A stretch of DNA of 64,000 nucleotides from Marsupella aquatica (taxonomy: Eukaryota; Plantae; Marchantiophyta), in contig OZ316896.1 in NCBI GenBank assembly GCA_973895155.1, positions 18,216,754-18,280,753 of the forward strand. Reading direction: 5' to 3'. The notes beneath the pieces were generated by a model. That model was given only the letters and a program-made list of their open reading frames with translations, did not search any database and was not told the DNA's origin. A program made the translations under genes and the position numbers. Positions 48,265-61,222 of the stretch are shown here, piece after piece. Each line of letters begins with the position of its first letter. The first letter of the stretch is position 1.

Positions 48265-51200
48265 TGAATGAGTGCACATTGTATTTTATCAAAGTTTGAT
48301 GTGTGATTACTGGTAGGGCTATTCATTATTTTTGAGTACTTATGCGCTGAAAGTATGTGTATTTACTCTCTTTACTTATTACTTGTTTGTCAGCCACTCA
48401 CATACATTATTTTCAACTATGTTTCAACTTTCACAGGTGTTTAGACATTTCATTCACTAGGATTGGATTGATGAATTCCAGGTAAGTGGGTATGTGTTCT
48501 TTGATAGTACCATGTAGACTAAAGTCTTGGTAGATTGTGATGTTTTTGCAGAATTGAAATAAGCAGAATTTGGGAGTAAAGCGGCATGCTGAACTTGTCA
48601 ATGTCTATAGTTTTTACAGATTGGACTGGTGGTCACAGAGTGTGACACACAAAGTGAATTTTTTTAGTGTCACTTTGAGTAAATATAGAGACATGAATTG
48701 CAGTATGATTTTGATAGCTAATTTTGTGGTTGTTGCACGAACACTGAGCTCAATATTTTAAGGTCATTTAACTGCTTTTACATTTGTTATTATGTGCATG
48801 CTATATGAATTCAATTAATGCCTTGTGAATTCAATTAATGCCTATATAAAAAAAGAATTCACAAAAATAACACCAAAGAAATGCTCACATCTGATGTGAT
48901 TATCTCCAAAAAAACCTTTGGCAAAATAACATCAAAGAATTGTTCAAATCCCATGTAATTTATTCACAAAAAACAACTTAAAAAATAGCACCCATAGAGC
49001 ACCCAAAACCATTGGTTCACCTTAGGAAAGTTCAAGCAAGACATTATTTGGAGAAATATTTTAAAGCATGAGTACTTCAAGAAACTGATACGGAATAACT
49101 AATTAGTCCGTGGACCCCTTGTTGATCCAAGGAATGTGTGTAAATTTGTTTTTTCTTTGAACAAAGATATGAATTTTTCAGCCAAAAGGACTGGGCATAC
49201 TAGAAACCCTGCCAATTGCTGGAGTGAAACTGCTAGCCGTGACCCTATAGGCATGTAGTTACAATTATAGAGATACTAGTGAGCGAAAAGGTAAACTGAA
49301 GGGCCATTTCCTCAGTCTGTCTCCAAAAAAGACTACTCTTGGGCTTCTAACGTGGAAATTTAATCTCTAATTTACTTTTACATAAAAGCTGATATTATTA
49401 GAAGCTACTATGCTGGGGTGGTGGACTGCCAAAAATTGTACAACATTGTGCTATCAAAATAGGTTTTGTTTTGTGACATTAGCTAAATTTTTGAAAAACT
49501 AAGAATATCAAAATGTTTCCATCATGTTCATTGGACACACACACCTCAGACACGGTTGGTCCAGAGCCTTTTAAATTTTGTGTTGCTCTGCTTTGATTCG
49601 AAAACTGAACATTGTAATTTTGTGCAACAACCCAGTAAGAAACAACAAGCGATCCTCTAGACAAGTGCATCCGGGCCTGGTGCGATTGCAGCTGTTCGAC
49701 TCAGAAAGTTAATGCTCTTTTGGACTCCTGTGATTACCTTGGTGCGGGCCTTGGTGGCCAAATAATTCTATCGAAGTCTCCAAACTAATTCTGTAAAACT
49801 TCCGCAACTAAGAATTGTATGCTCGATAGCGCTTCTTATCCATTGGTCGACAACAAAGGAACATTATAATTGCAGACTAAGACCGAGCCTACGCACTATT
49901 ACTTGTGCAGGCCCAGCTTATGTGAGTACCACCAATCATCCAAATTGAAAAACATCCCATGTCTTCATCTCAGAAAAGCTTCCATCTTTGACTCTTCGAT
50001 CTGAACAGGATAAGCAAGAAGTGACGGGCATGACAAAGAATCAGGCACCTGATTAGGCAGCTCCGTGACACGTAGCCACAATTGCTTATGACATCTCCTG
50101 CTCCAACCGCTTGTCACAAAATGAGACACAACGACCTGAACGATGAGGCTACCAATGTTTCGAATGCACATCCTATCTTAAGGAAATCCTTCATGACAAG
50201 CCCTCGTTGATCCTCCTGTGGATTTACAAGAGAAATCCCGTATCCTTCACAAATCCATCTATTTTCTGGTATGGATACCAAAATTTGTTGGCTTCAACAT
50301 ATCCTACTATACAACCAAACAAAATCTAGAAGACAAAGAAGCAATTTTGCAGAGCTTGTTCAATTCTCCATATATATCTCTTGGATGGCTGATCATCGGT
50401 TGAAAGTTTAGAATCAATGGTCCTGTTCTCAAAGGCTCCTCATTGCATTTGGAGTGTCACTGAGATGACTACTCACTGATCCCAACCTAAAGGCCATTAT
50501 CGAACCACGTGATGCTAAGGGAGGAGGGAGGAGGGTCCTTAGCTTCTTTTGTTCCGGCGGTTTTGTTATTTGGGCAGTTACAGGAATACAGTTACTTTTA
50601 ATGTTGAACACTATTTATTTTTATAATTTTTTTTTTATAAATGTAAGTAAAGGGATTATGGGTGAATGTTTTTAATCCTGTCCTTTGTATCAATAGGTTT
50701 GGATGAATTACTTTTAAGTATTCTAACATTACGTGTTGACGGCACGACATCCATAAAATTACACAAAAATTGACGTAAACAAGATGGAGGAGAGGTTATT
50801 CAATGCGCAAACATCTTGTTTCATGTGGATGTTGCTGATGTGGAGTGCTGTGGAGTCTCGAATTTTGGAAGGGACCTCTAGTGGGGTCAGTAAAGAGAAG
50901 GAGAGTAAGTGGTAGGTACCCTAAATACTATGTATATTGCATAAGTATTTCAAATCAAGAATAAAATGAACATGGGCTTGAAGGGGCTAAGTACTTCGTA
51001 TGTACTTTATATAGTATTTTCAAACAAAAATATAATTAAAACTTACTTCTAGAGAATATATGTCGTGGATTGATGTACATAACCGTAAGTAAGATGTTAG
51101 AATTAAAAAAAGGAAAAAAAATAATCACGCAGGTCATGAGTAAGGGTTGCAGGGACCGGGGGGCCCAGGTGAGGGGCTCGTAGGGAAATTTTTACCTAGG

Positions 51201-52224
51201 GGGGGGCATCAAATCTTTTGCTGGAAATTTATCCAAAAGAGAATATAAAAACTTTTGGCCACTAAAAACAACACGTGGTTTGGGAATACACGTGCTCTAA
51301 AGATCACTTTACTGAGGTCAAGCCTCACTTTTTCATGGGCATGAATAGTTTTTTCCTGCCCCTACTGTCCATAAAAAACGTGGAAAATATGGTAAACAAA
51401 TAACACTAGATTACGCTGTACTCTCTCTGAATCTGAATAGTGCAGAGTGACGTGTGCAACTATAGTGGCTGGCAGGATTGGTACACCATGGGTGTCAGAA
51501 TGAGATTGACCGTGTTTTAGTACACTAGTGCCCAAAGACACTCTGATTGTTTCAATTATCATCCATCCTCCCAAATTGTATCTAGCCTAGGTTTCCTCCA
51601 AATTGTATCTACAGTAGTCTAGGTTATGTAAAGCACCCAAGGCCGAGCTGCCTTGGTCCATGGCCTAACAGGGGTTGTCAGCTTAGCTGCTGCCTGCAGT
51701 GCCACGGCTCATCATGACTACTCTTGCTTCCCCCCTATGTGGCTCACCCATAAACCTTGCGTCTCCCAATTGGGATTCATTCCCCTTGTCACTACTACAA
51801 ATCTCTGACCTTGCAAATCCACTCTCCTGTTGACCTTCGTGATTTCTTTAGCTTGTGTAGAGAGCTCTAGTCATGAAAAGGAAGATGAATCATGGCAGGG
51901 AGATGCAAGGTAGATGGGCAAGTTGAAGGAGGAAGGTGGTTGTAATCAGCTGGAGTTGATCTTATCACCTAAATGGAAATCATCTACATCTCTTTTTATC
52001 ACCTAAATGGAAACTGGCAAACATCTAAGAGTGTGGTCTAGGGTAACCCATGGCCTATATGAGGTCATAATCCCAAGGGCGGTAAGGGGGTTACAGCCAT
52101 GACCCCCAAACAGCCCATGCTTTAGCAAGTGTATCCCCTGACATTGTCTTTGTACCATGTCTGTGTTTGACCCCACTTGCAAGGCTTGGTGGGGACTATG
52201 AGACTTGGAACCCAGACCAGGTTG

Positions 52225-52645
52225 GCAAGCAAGTTACTGCAGTAAGCTCCCTTAACTACAAAGAAAAGAGTGAGGACTTAATGGGACCTCCCCTGAGATC
52301 ACAGAGGAACAAACAGAGGAAGGGACCTATTATTGACAAATGAGTTGCAGTAACCCTCCCGCCCCCCCCCCCCTAACTACAAAGGAAAAAGTGAGGACTT
52401 AATGTGACCTCCCCTGAGATCACAGAGGAACAAACAGTGGAAGGGACTTATTATTGACAAATGAGTTTCCCCAAACAGTGGACGTAATTCGGGGGTAAGG
52501 AGTCAAGCACCTGACTGACTGGACGTGTCTAGTGGTCTTGATCTTCTCCTGGACCTCTTGCTATGGAGTCAAACACCTGCCTGGGTTCGTCTTGGTCTAC
52601 TCTTGGACCTCGTGCTATGGAGTCAAGCACCTGACTGACTGGGCC
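52225..52645. repeat. Short tandem duplications upstream of the lipase gene (~125 bp x2; ~60 bp x3)
   Basis: taactacaaag..gtgaggacttaatg..attgacaaatgagtt occurs twice and ggagtcaa(g/a)cacctg three times. Confidence 0.75.
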
Positions 52646-53635
52646 ACAACTTTCAGTTGCATGGTACTGTCCTGTGTCCAGGATCTCTGTCGATGAGGTA
52701 CTAATTTACCAACTTCCGCTTTCCTGCAAAACACTGTTCCTCGAGATAATTAGTAATTTCCACTGTCCTGCAAAGACTGTTCCTCAAAATCTGTCCCTCA
52801 AGATCTGTGTTGGACAGTAATTTCCAGAGTGCTTATCACCGACATCAACGATTCGAAGTTTCCCACGAATAAGATTTGAGGTAAAATTCTAGATCAAGCA
52901 GTAATGTACATCGTTCATAGATGACTCGGATCTTCTTCAGAGTCTCCTGATTTGAGAATCTTTGTGGCTCTGTGGAATATCGTACCTGTCAACTTGCTCA
53001 CTTAGTCCTTCCTGTGTTCTCTCGTGGTCGAAGTTCATCAATTGATCACCTCTCACCTGCCCCGAGCCAATCTGAATTTCCGTGTTGTTCAGCTTGCTGT
53101 GTCAGCTGCGAACCGTGTCTGCATTCGGTATATGACCACGGGCTCTTCGATGGTCTTCCATCAATTCTTTTTTCTTTCCAGTATCAGTTGTAGAAAGCTG
53201 TAGAACGAGAAGAAGAGCCAGCAGCAAGCTCTCACGGACTGCAGGTCTCTGGAGGAGATTCACAAGTCTGGGATGATAGTTTGATGTCCTGAATCGAGGT
53301 GCAATTTCAGTTTGTTCAATTGACTGAAAAGATTGTCAATCGGGTGATTCCTAGGACGGCTACAGACTTGTCAGGGCTTCCATTGTGAAGTGAAGAAAAC
53401 CTTGCAATTCCCTGAGGTTCATCATCAAATTAGAGTTGGTGACATGCGTTAGATATCAATTGGCCCTGGTGCTCAATTCCGGACTCAGGTTGTTGCTGAT
53501 TCTGGAGTCCAGCGGGGAACTCAAAGCCGGCCTTCAGAAGGCTATCGGATCTCTTTCGGTGATTATTTTCGAGGCTATCGATTGAAATAAACAGGAGATC
53601 AGTTTTGAGCAGCTTGAGGTGGAAGGGTTACACAT

Positions 53636-55405
53636 ATGGCTGCCACTGCAGCAGGACAACTAGCTGGAACCTCAAATTCTCTTCACTTGGGTTCTACCAG
53701 CCGATTCCACCCTCAACATGAGACGACATCTGCCTTTTTAGGCAACAAAGGGTTGCAAGGCAGGTTGAGACCAAAGTTCGCCAAGTCGCTCCGACCTTTG
53801 GAAATCAACAAGGGGAGTCAACAAGATGCTTGGGTCCACGTCCAGTATGTCTTCAAACCGGGCTTTCACAATAACTCGTTGGAGCCAGTCACCGTGTCTG
53901 TCTCCACACCTCTGTCGATCGTTGCACAAGTGATGAGCCCTGGCCAGAAAATCGACCTTGCGGACCAGACTGAGCTGAAGTCCGATCTTAACAGGTTGTT
54001 CAAGCTTCCATCTCCTGAGAGAGAGGGGGTTGCGGTCCAGGTCGACATCAAAAGACATCCCTATGCCGACCTCCAGGTGGGAGATCGGTGGCAGGAGTTC
54101 CATGGTGCTAAGGACTGGGATGGGCTCCTCTCGGCGAAGGAGGGCAAAATGGACCCCGTCCTGAGAGGGGAGCTGATGCGGTACGGGGAATTCGCTCAAG
54201 CCACGTATGATGCTTTCGACAACGATCAGGAGTCCAAGTTCTGCGGCAATTCGAAGTTCGACAAGGGGAAGCTGCTCGACGAGGTCGGGCTGCTCGACCG
54301 CGGGTATGAAATTTCCGAGTTCCTCTACGCCACGGCTGATTCTCATCTGCCGAAGTTCTTCCGCAAGAGCTCCGTCGACGACGATGAGACTTGGAGCAAG
54401 GACTCCAACTTTATGGGCTTCGTGGCCGTCTGCAAGTCCCCCAGGGAGCTGGCTCGGCTGGGACGACGGGACATCGTCGTGGCGTGGAGAGGCACTGTGA
54501 CAAAGCTCGAGTGGCTGGAGAATGTGCGAGATTACTTCTCTCCCACAGGGTTGGACCCTCGAGGGAAGAGCGACGTCATGGTGGAGAGCGGATTCCTCGA
54601 TGTCTACAAGTCTAAGAATGAGGATTCACAGTACAACAAGCTGAGCGCACGTGAGCAGGTGCTCTCCGCCGTTAGGGATCTGGTCCAGCAGTACAAGGAT
54701 GAGGAGTTGTCCATCACCGTTACTGGCCATAGCCTAGGGAGTGCTCTCTCCATTCTGTGTGCGTATGACATAGCCGAGTCCGGGATCAACAAGAGGGAGC
54801 ATTCCCCAAAAGTCCCGAAGCACTGGGATGAACCGCAGCTGGACGAGGCCGAGCAGCATCCTGACCATCACACCGAGCCTTTGGAGAATCGAGTGCCTGT
54901 CTCGGTGATCAGCTTTGCGGGTCCTCGTCTTGGAAATTCCGACTTCAAGGAACGGATGGAGGAGCTTGGGGTGAGGGTCTTGCGGGTGGTGGAAGAGCAC
55001 GATATCGTCCCTAAGGTTCCCGGAATCATCTTCAACGAGAATCTGGAATTCGTTCACAACTTAGCAAAATGGCTACCAGATTCTTATGTTCATGTTGGGA
55101 AAGAGCTGAAGCTGAACAACCTGGTGTCCGATTACCTTAGGGATACAACGGATCCTGTCAATGCGCATAACTTGGAGGCGTACCTCCACTTGTTGGACGG
55201 CTGGCACGGGCCTGGCGGTCGCTTCTCTCCGGCTATTAAGAGAGACATAGCACTGGTAAACAAGTCTTCTGATTTACTGGAGCGCAAGTTCAAGATTCCA
55301 GAGAATTGGTGGGAGAAGAAGTTAATGTTGCTGGACAAAGAGACAAAGCACTGGGTTCTTGCCAGCAATACAGACGATGCTGAGAATGATGTAGGCTACG
55401 CTTGA
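53636..55405 (+). CDS. Phospholipase A1, DAD1-like class 3 lipase, probably plastid-targeted (589 aa)
   Basis: RYGEFAQATYDAF, LGRRDIVVAWRGT, ITVTGHSLG (GxSxG), FAGPRLGN, DIVPKVPG, AHNLEAYLHLLDG. Ser/Thr/Ala-rich N-terminus. Confidence 0.95.
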   Translation: MAATAAGQLAGTSNSLHLGSTSRFHPQHETTSAFLGNKGLQGRLRPKFAKSLRPLEINKGSQQDAWVHVQYVFKPGFHNNSLEPVTVSVSTPLSIVAQVMSPGQKIDLADQTELKSDLNRLFKLPSPEREGVAVQVDIKRHPYADLQVGDRWQEFHGAKDWDGLLSAKEGKMDPVLRGELMRYGEFAQATYDAFDNDQESKFCGNSKFDKGKLLDEVGLLDRGYEISEFLYATADSHLPKFFRKSSVDDDETWSKDSNFMGFVAVCKSPRELARLGRRDIVVAWRGTVTKLEWLENVRDYFSPTGLDPRGKSDVMVESGFLDVYKSKNEDSQYNKLSAREQVLSAVRDLVQQYKDEELSITVTGHSLGSALSILCAYDIAESGINKREHSPKVPKHWDEPQLDEAEQHPDHHTEPLENRVPVSVISFAGPRLGNSDFKERMEELGVRVLRVVEEHDIVPKVPGIIFNENLEFVHNLAKWLPDSYVHVGKELKLNNLVSDYLRDTTDPVNAHNLEAYLHLLDGWHGPGGRFSPAIKRDIALVNKSSDLLERKFKIPENWWEKKLMLLDKETKHWVLASNTDDAENDVGYA

Positions 55406-57865
55406 GCATGGGTGCGCAATTTCGGCCAGAGTAATGACATTTACAATTTGAGTGGAGAATACCCACTTTATCAATGGAGATCCTCAAGCAACTCGGGGGA
55501 GCTTGTTGGATGGGCAGCACATAGAGTACACATGGTGAGGTTTACTGAAACTTTTGGTAGGGCAACAGCTTGTCGGCCCCTGTATAGATGCAAGCCCAGG
55601 AGGTTTGGTGTGTGAACAAGGACTTCATTGCTGGGTCCTGGGTCACCTTGAAAACTATGGGACTCTGTCAATCAAGCTTGAAAGGTCACTCTTCAAGGTG
55701 GGTGCCTTGAAGGCACCGATTTGCAAGTAGTCAGAGCAAAGATTTTTGGTTTAGAACAAATTCAAATGTAGATACTGTATATGATGAGAAATCACTTCCT
55801 GGTCCTTTGTAAGTCGAGGCCTTCCCGTAGTTTATTCACTTAGCTTCGGATGTGTGTAGAGTATCCTTGCCCATGAGGACCTGCAGGCTTGTGCATTAGG
55901 ATTATCATCAGAAGGGACTGGGATTTTGTACGGCTAAAAGCACAAGGACAATATATTGTACAGAGCTTTGTGTCCATTTTGGACTAACGTGACCCAATTT
56001 ATTCACGGTTTATTTCCCTCTTGAATGTCGTTCGCAATTACTCTATTTCAATCAGACATATGAGTTTGTGCGTCTGTCCTGCACCCTTTCCTCTTGAATC
56101 TGGGTTGCTTCTCGTCTATGCATTGGACATTCTAATGAGCCTATATGTCTGTTCATTCATTCACTGGGTCTTTCCTGTCAAATCGGGGTTGTTAAATGCC
56201 GACTCCGAACGAATTCATGTGGTGACTCTTCTTGTTGCTACTACTGTAGGTTGCTACTACTGTAGGAGACTTTTGGAAACGTGACTCCATTCAGTTACGC
56301 ATATCCCTTTTTGAATCCGGGTTGCTTCTACTGTAGGACACTGGGAAAGAGACTCAAATTATTTACTCATATTCCTTTTGAATCTGGGTCCATGCAAATC
56401 AACGTCCAAGCCCGTGAATGCAATAGTATTCGTAGGGATGTAACGTTCTCGACTAGATGCGTGAACGGTTTCAGCTGGACGGAAGTTTCTCGGCTACATG
56501 CAGGAATCCCAAATTTAAGGTCTCGTGATTGCAATTATTCTCTCGTAAGCTACCATTGTTGACAGGTCAACGTCAACTCTCCCATTCTAGGTGGATGCCT
56601 GGCTGACCTTTCCAAAACAGCGCTACTAAACAATTTAATCCTGATGTCCATCCGTTGCGAGTAAGTTGACAAGTTAAGGTCTTCATCTTTCCCTCAGCAC
56701 AATGGTACTTGAAAGGCCGTACGAGGCAAGGTGGTCGGCTGTTTGGCTGAATCAAGTAGAGTAGTCTTGACTGGGTTTCGAGAATTTCCTTCACTCCTCA
56801 CAGGAATCTTGACAAACCATTGGACTAAATCAAGGAGTAGTATAGTGTTGGATTGGGTTTCGAGAATTATTCTACATTCCTTAACAGGAGTCTTGACAAC
56901 CCGTTCAAACTTCTTGGAAAAACAAATTCTTTCACTGGAGAATTTGGATTTGGAGAAACAGGGGCATCTCAGGTCAATTCGGAGGTAGAAAGAGAACACA
57001 ATTTGTTCGAGCCGGACTAGTTCGATAATGCCTTTCAGTAATCACAAATGGCATTTGCACACAAACTGTACGATGCCAAAGAATGATAATTCTATGCGCA
57101 CTCTAGTGAAAAGCCATACTTAGATGTGGTGATCAATGAAATTGCCACAAATAGATCACATTTAGGTTCGAGATAGGTTGGCGGTTACACGTATTGTCAA
57201 CACAGGTGCTGCCACGAGGTAGTTAAGGCTGTTGCTTGTGGTTGTTTCGTTAGCAATATGGCCACATCTTGCAGACGACACAATTGACTATGTCTCAGGC
57301 TGTATAGAACAAAATTGTCACCTATTGGTGATGCTCTAAGACAAGCAATCTTCGTGGGAGACTTCAATTTGCATCATCATTCTGCCTTCAGGCCACACCG
57401 TCCGATCTCACCGCATTCTTTCCAAACACGAGGATTAATAAAAACTCTAAGAAAGTATGCTTCATGGGAGTTGACAGCTTCAATTTGCATATCATTATCT
57501 CTAAGGTACGTGATCTGACTCAATGTTCTCTACAGTCATAGGAGACCAACACAAACTACTAAGCCAGGAAGACTCGAGAGTCCAAACCCACGTGTGTAAG
57601 ATTGACCATAAAGTTGTGATTGTTATGTTTAATCATCTGCCCGAGTGTGAGATTCACAATAAAAGACTGTCTCACGTCTCTTGTGTCGACAGCAATGAGG
57701 CGGATCACAATGCCACAAAGTTTCTTTCGTTACCATCACTTCTCCCGACCTCCTCCACAATCTGATCCCAACGTTTCCCCTGATCTTATATGCCCGGGTC
57801 CAACCTCGTGCTCCAGAGTCAATGCTGACCAATCAATCAAGTTGCAGTCGCCATTGAAATGTCCC

Positions 57866-58286
57866 TTTGTCCGCAGAAACGTTATTGATTTCTATTGCTC
57901 TCATTGCACAGTTGCAGCTGATTGCCTGAAAAAAATTCCAGTAGCTACAAAGACAAATTCATCCATGCTTAAAAATTCCTGTAGTGCCACAAAGACAAAA
58001 TTTCGTCCGCAGAAACGTTATTGATTTCAATTTGCTCTCATTGCACAGTTGCAGCTGATTGCCTGAAAAAAATTCCAGTAGCTACAAAGACAAGCTCACC
58101 ATGCTGAAAAATTCCTGTAGTGCGGCCGCCACAAAGACAACATTTCGTCCGCAGAAACGTTATTGATTTCAATTTGCTCTCATTGCACAGTGGCAGCTGA
58201 TTGCCTGAAAACAAATTCCAGTAGCTACAAAGACAAATTCATCCATGCTGAAAAATTCCAGTAGCCACAAAGACAAAATTCATCCA
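57866..58286. repeat. ~135-140-bp tandem repeat (3 units) downstream of the tRNA
   Basis: gtccgcagaaacgttattgattt recurs near 57869, 58005 and 58147. Confidence 0.88.
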
Positions 58287-58328
58287 GGCTCGTTTGGAAA
58301 TGGAATGCAAAAGCACAAGACCATTCTT

Positions 58329-58402
58329 CGACCACGGAGGGATTCGAACCCTCGACCTTTAGATCCGAAGTCTAACGCGCTAATCCACTGCGCTACGCGG
58401 CC
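58329..58402 (-). tRNA. tRNA-Arg (anticodon UCG)
   Basis: GGCCGCGTAGCGCAGTGGATTAGCGCGTTAGACTTCGGATCTAAAGGTCGAGGGTTCGAATCCCTCCGTGGTCG folds into a full cloverleaf. A T4 Pol III terminator follows at 58309-58312. Confidence 0.96.
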
Positions 58403-59218
58403 AGTCATGGTGATTTCGAGACAAAAACTTAATAAGTAAAACTCCTTGTTTTTTTCTCCCCTGGACATCGACCAGATTACGGTTCAGTTTTAACTCATTC
58501 CAGTTTAAGCAGGAGAAAAATCATGGAATTTAAAAACTCCTGCATTTTGGCTGAACTTTGTTCAGTTGTGATGGGGGCCCAAAACAGCCCAAGCCTGTAT
58601 AATTTTGGATTGCATCGTCAGAAGTATTGTATGAAGTATTGTCAAATTCAACAGGAATGCAGTGTTCAGCCTATGAACACAAACCTTTGGTCCCAGGCCT
58701 GGTATATAGGGGGACAAATTCACGGGAAACAACTGAAGGGCCTTCAGGCCCCCTCTCCCATCATGAGTATCTGTCGCAAGAGTTTTGGTTTTTTTGGTCT
58801 CTCATGGGATTTGTAGCTTGGATGGGATGATTTTAAAGGTTGGGCACTCCTATGGGATTCTGGTGTGTGGTGTTAGATCCCTCCCATAGGACCTTTGGGT
58901 GCTCTCCAAGGTGCTCTCTGCTCTCTATGACATTATGTGAATAAAAAGTAAACATTCTATTTGAGCAGAGCATATCATATGGGACCAAAAAACAAAATTG
59001 GGGTGAGCAACCCCTTCTCATATTTGTTTCTGTTTTTAGGAAAGCTACAGCGCACCCAATGGATTCACCTTGGCAAAAACTAGTGGGGCAACGAGAAAAA
59101 CACAGACCCAAAGCTCCAGGCTTGGGCGAACCCAAACCAAAAATCTCATGGACCCAATACTTAAAATAAACAAACTGCCTATTAAGGTCCAGAGTGGACC
59201 GCGCAAAGAGGCATGCAT

Positions 59219-59335
59219 GGTTGTGCCGTAGCTCACTTGAGTAGAGACTTTGTCATAGGTCTTGGGTTCAAATGCCGTGACCAACTTTTATTTTACGTGG
59301 GTTTCACAGATTTTCTATTTTAAATTAAAAAAAGG
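59219..59335 (+). mobile_element. Possible tRNA-derived SINE-like relic, with a related copy at about 33170-33290
   Basis: A-box-like tagctcacttgagtagag and B-box-like ggttcaaatgcc, no cloverleaf. The second copy shares ctcacttg.gtagagactt..ataggtcttgggttcaa..tttcacagattt. Confidence 0.45.
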
Positions 59336-61222
59336 CTTGGAGTGGACCAGGTGGGCATGCAGTGTACCAAAATTTTGCCACTTGCCCATATGCATGCAAA
59401 TCAGCACCACTGCCCTGTCTACTTACCGTTCAACCTAGTAGTTGACAAACAAGCCTGGCTATAGCTAAGCTCAAACAGCAAGGGTGCTACCATTGGTGCG
59501 ATGATGTCACATAGTCGCTCTCTCTATCATAGTAAGATTTCGGCCAAAGTCTGGCCCAAGCTCCTTGCATTTTGGACACTGATTGTACATTGCAATTTAG
59601 CATGAATGTTCACAGCAACTCCACTAAGAATCAAGTGCATGTAGAGGGAAGTACGTGGGTATAGTTAGCTACGGTAAGCAACCCTAACAAGAAGCCAATG
59701 CAAGTATAAAACACACAGACTGGTTAGAGAGCCATGGACCAGACTCTCTTTGCGCAAAAATTATGGTGGCAAGAGATACACATCACTCAACACCAGTCAA
59801 CAAACTAGAAGACAGGGAAGCCTCTGAAAAGATGTCACACAAACATTCAGGAAGTCCCAATGATCAAAGATTGAGCACATAAACATCTCAAGTCAGAATC
59901 TTATGGCATGAGCGGTACAGAGCCAAGAATTGCACTGCATTTTACAAACAATGTTCTAAAATTTTATCGTTATTTTGAAACAATTACATGATTAATACTC
60001 GGTTGTCATCCTGCCACTTGGAGCACTCAGACATGTAATCAGACAACTACCACTCTTTACAGAAGTCGATTGTGAGGACATTAATATTAATTTTTAACAG
60101 GGCCCCGCCAAGAAAAACTTCAATCAAGTCTAAGTCAGCTCGCTTGGAAACTACGGCAAGTGAAAATGCATTAATCTATACTGGCCAATCAGTTGTCACT
60201 ACTTCCATCACAATTCAGAAGTGTGCATTACTCGGTTGACCATACGTAGCCCAGTGCATGAGAACATGAATAAAAACAATTTCAGCTCAAAGGAATTTGG
60301 GTTTGCAGATTCGACTCATTACTTATCTACAATAACTTTACGGAACTAGAGAGATAAGTTTTGAGTAAACCCCCTAATTGCATGTTTCCTTGGGGCAGGT
60401 ATCTCTCAAGTGAAACTTTTAAGTAAATTGTAGCATATTCAACTATGACCTTTTTCTTTTTGGAGTACCTCGAGCACATATAGCTCGATATATAGTGTCT
60501 CCCCAGCAGAGCCAAATTGATTATTTACAAATGCTTTCAATATTACTTTCAAGCGTAAACATTGAGAGTAATATAGGTTGTCAACATTTACAGGATATGT
60601 TATTGGTCAGACGTAAATTGCAGTTCTATTTTTAATGTCAATGACACAAATTAAAAAAAAATGGAACAGTGAAACAAAGAAGAGACAGTTCTTGATATGT
60701 GACATGATGGATTGGATCACATCGGAAAACGTTTCCTTTACGTACAAGACACCACAGAATAAAATATGCTTTACTTGCAGTAAGCCAAGTCCAAAAAACC
60801 CATGACAAAACTGAAATAGATGAGCATATCACAACTTATGAAGCTTGAACAAAATGAAACCTTGCAATCTGACCCAAAGGTGAAGTTACTAAAAACCATG
60901 TCTTCAGAGTCAATCCATTTTCAGAAATATTGATTGAAACCTTCTCCCGGTTAAATAATTATACAATTCCATTTGTATTATCAAATATTTTGTGAGGCCA
61001 TAGTAAGTGACAATTTTGGTCACTTATCATGCATGTTCCTGCAGGCCAAGGCACTATGGCATAAAAGAATCATTGCAATGTTTTCTTTTACCAATGGAAA
61101 GTACTGAACTTTGCCGTCATGGTTCACTTGATTGAATATGTAGATTGTCTATCTTCTTTGAAATCTAATCTAGTACAAGTAAACTCTAAATTAACACCAA
61201 AATTAAGATTTGTGCTTAACTC

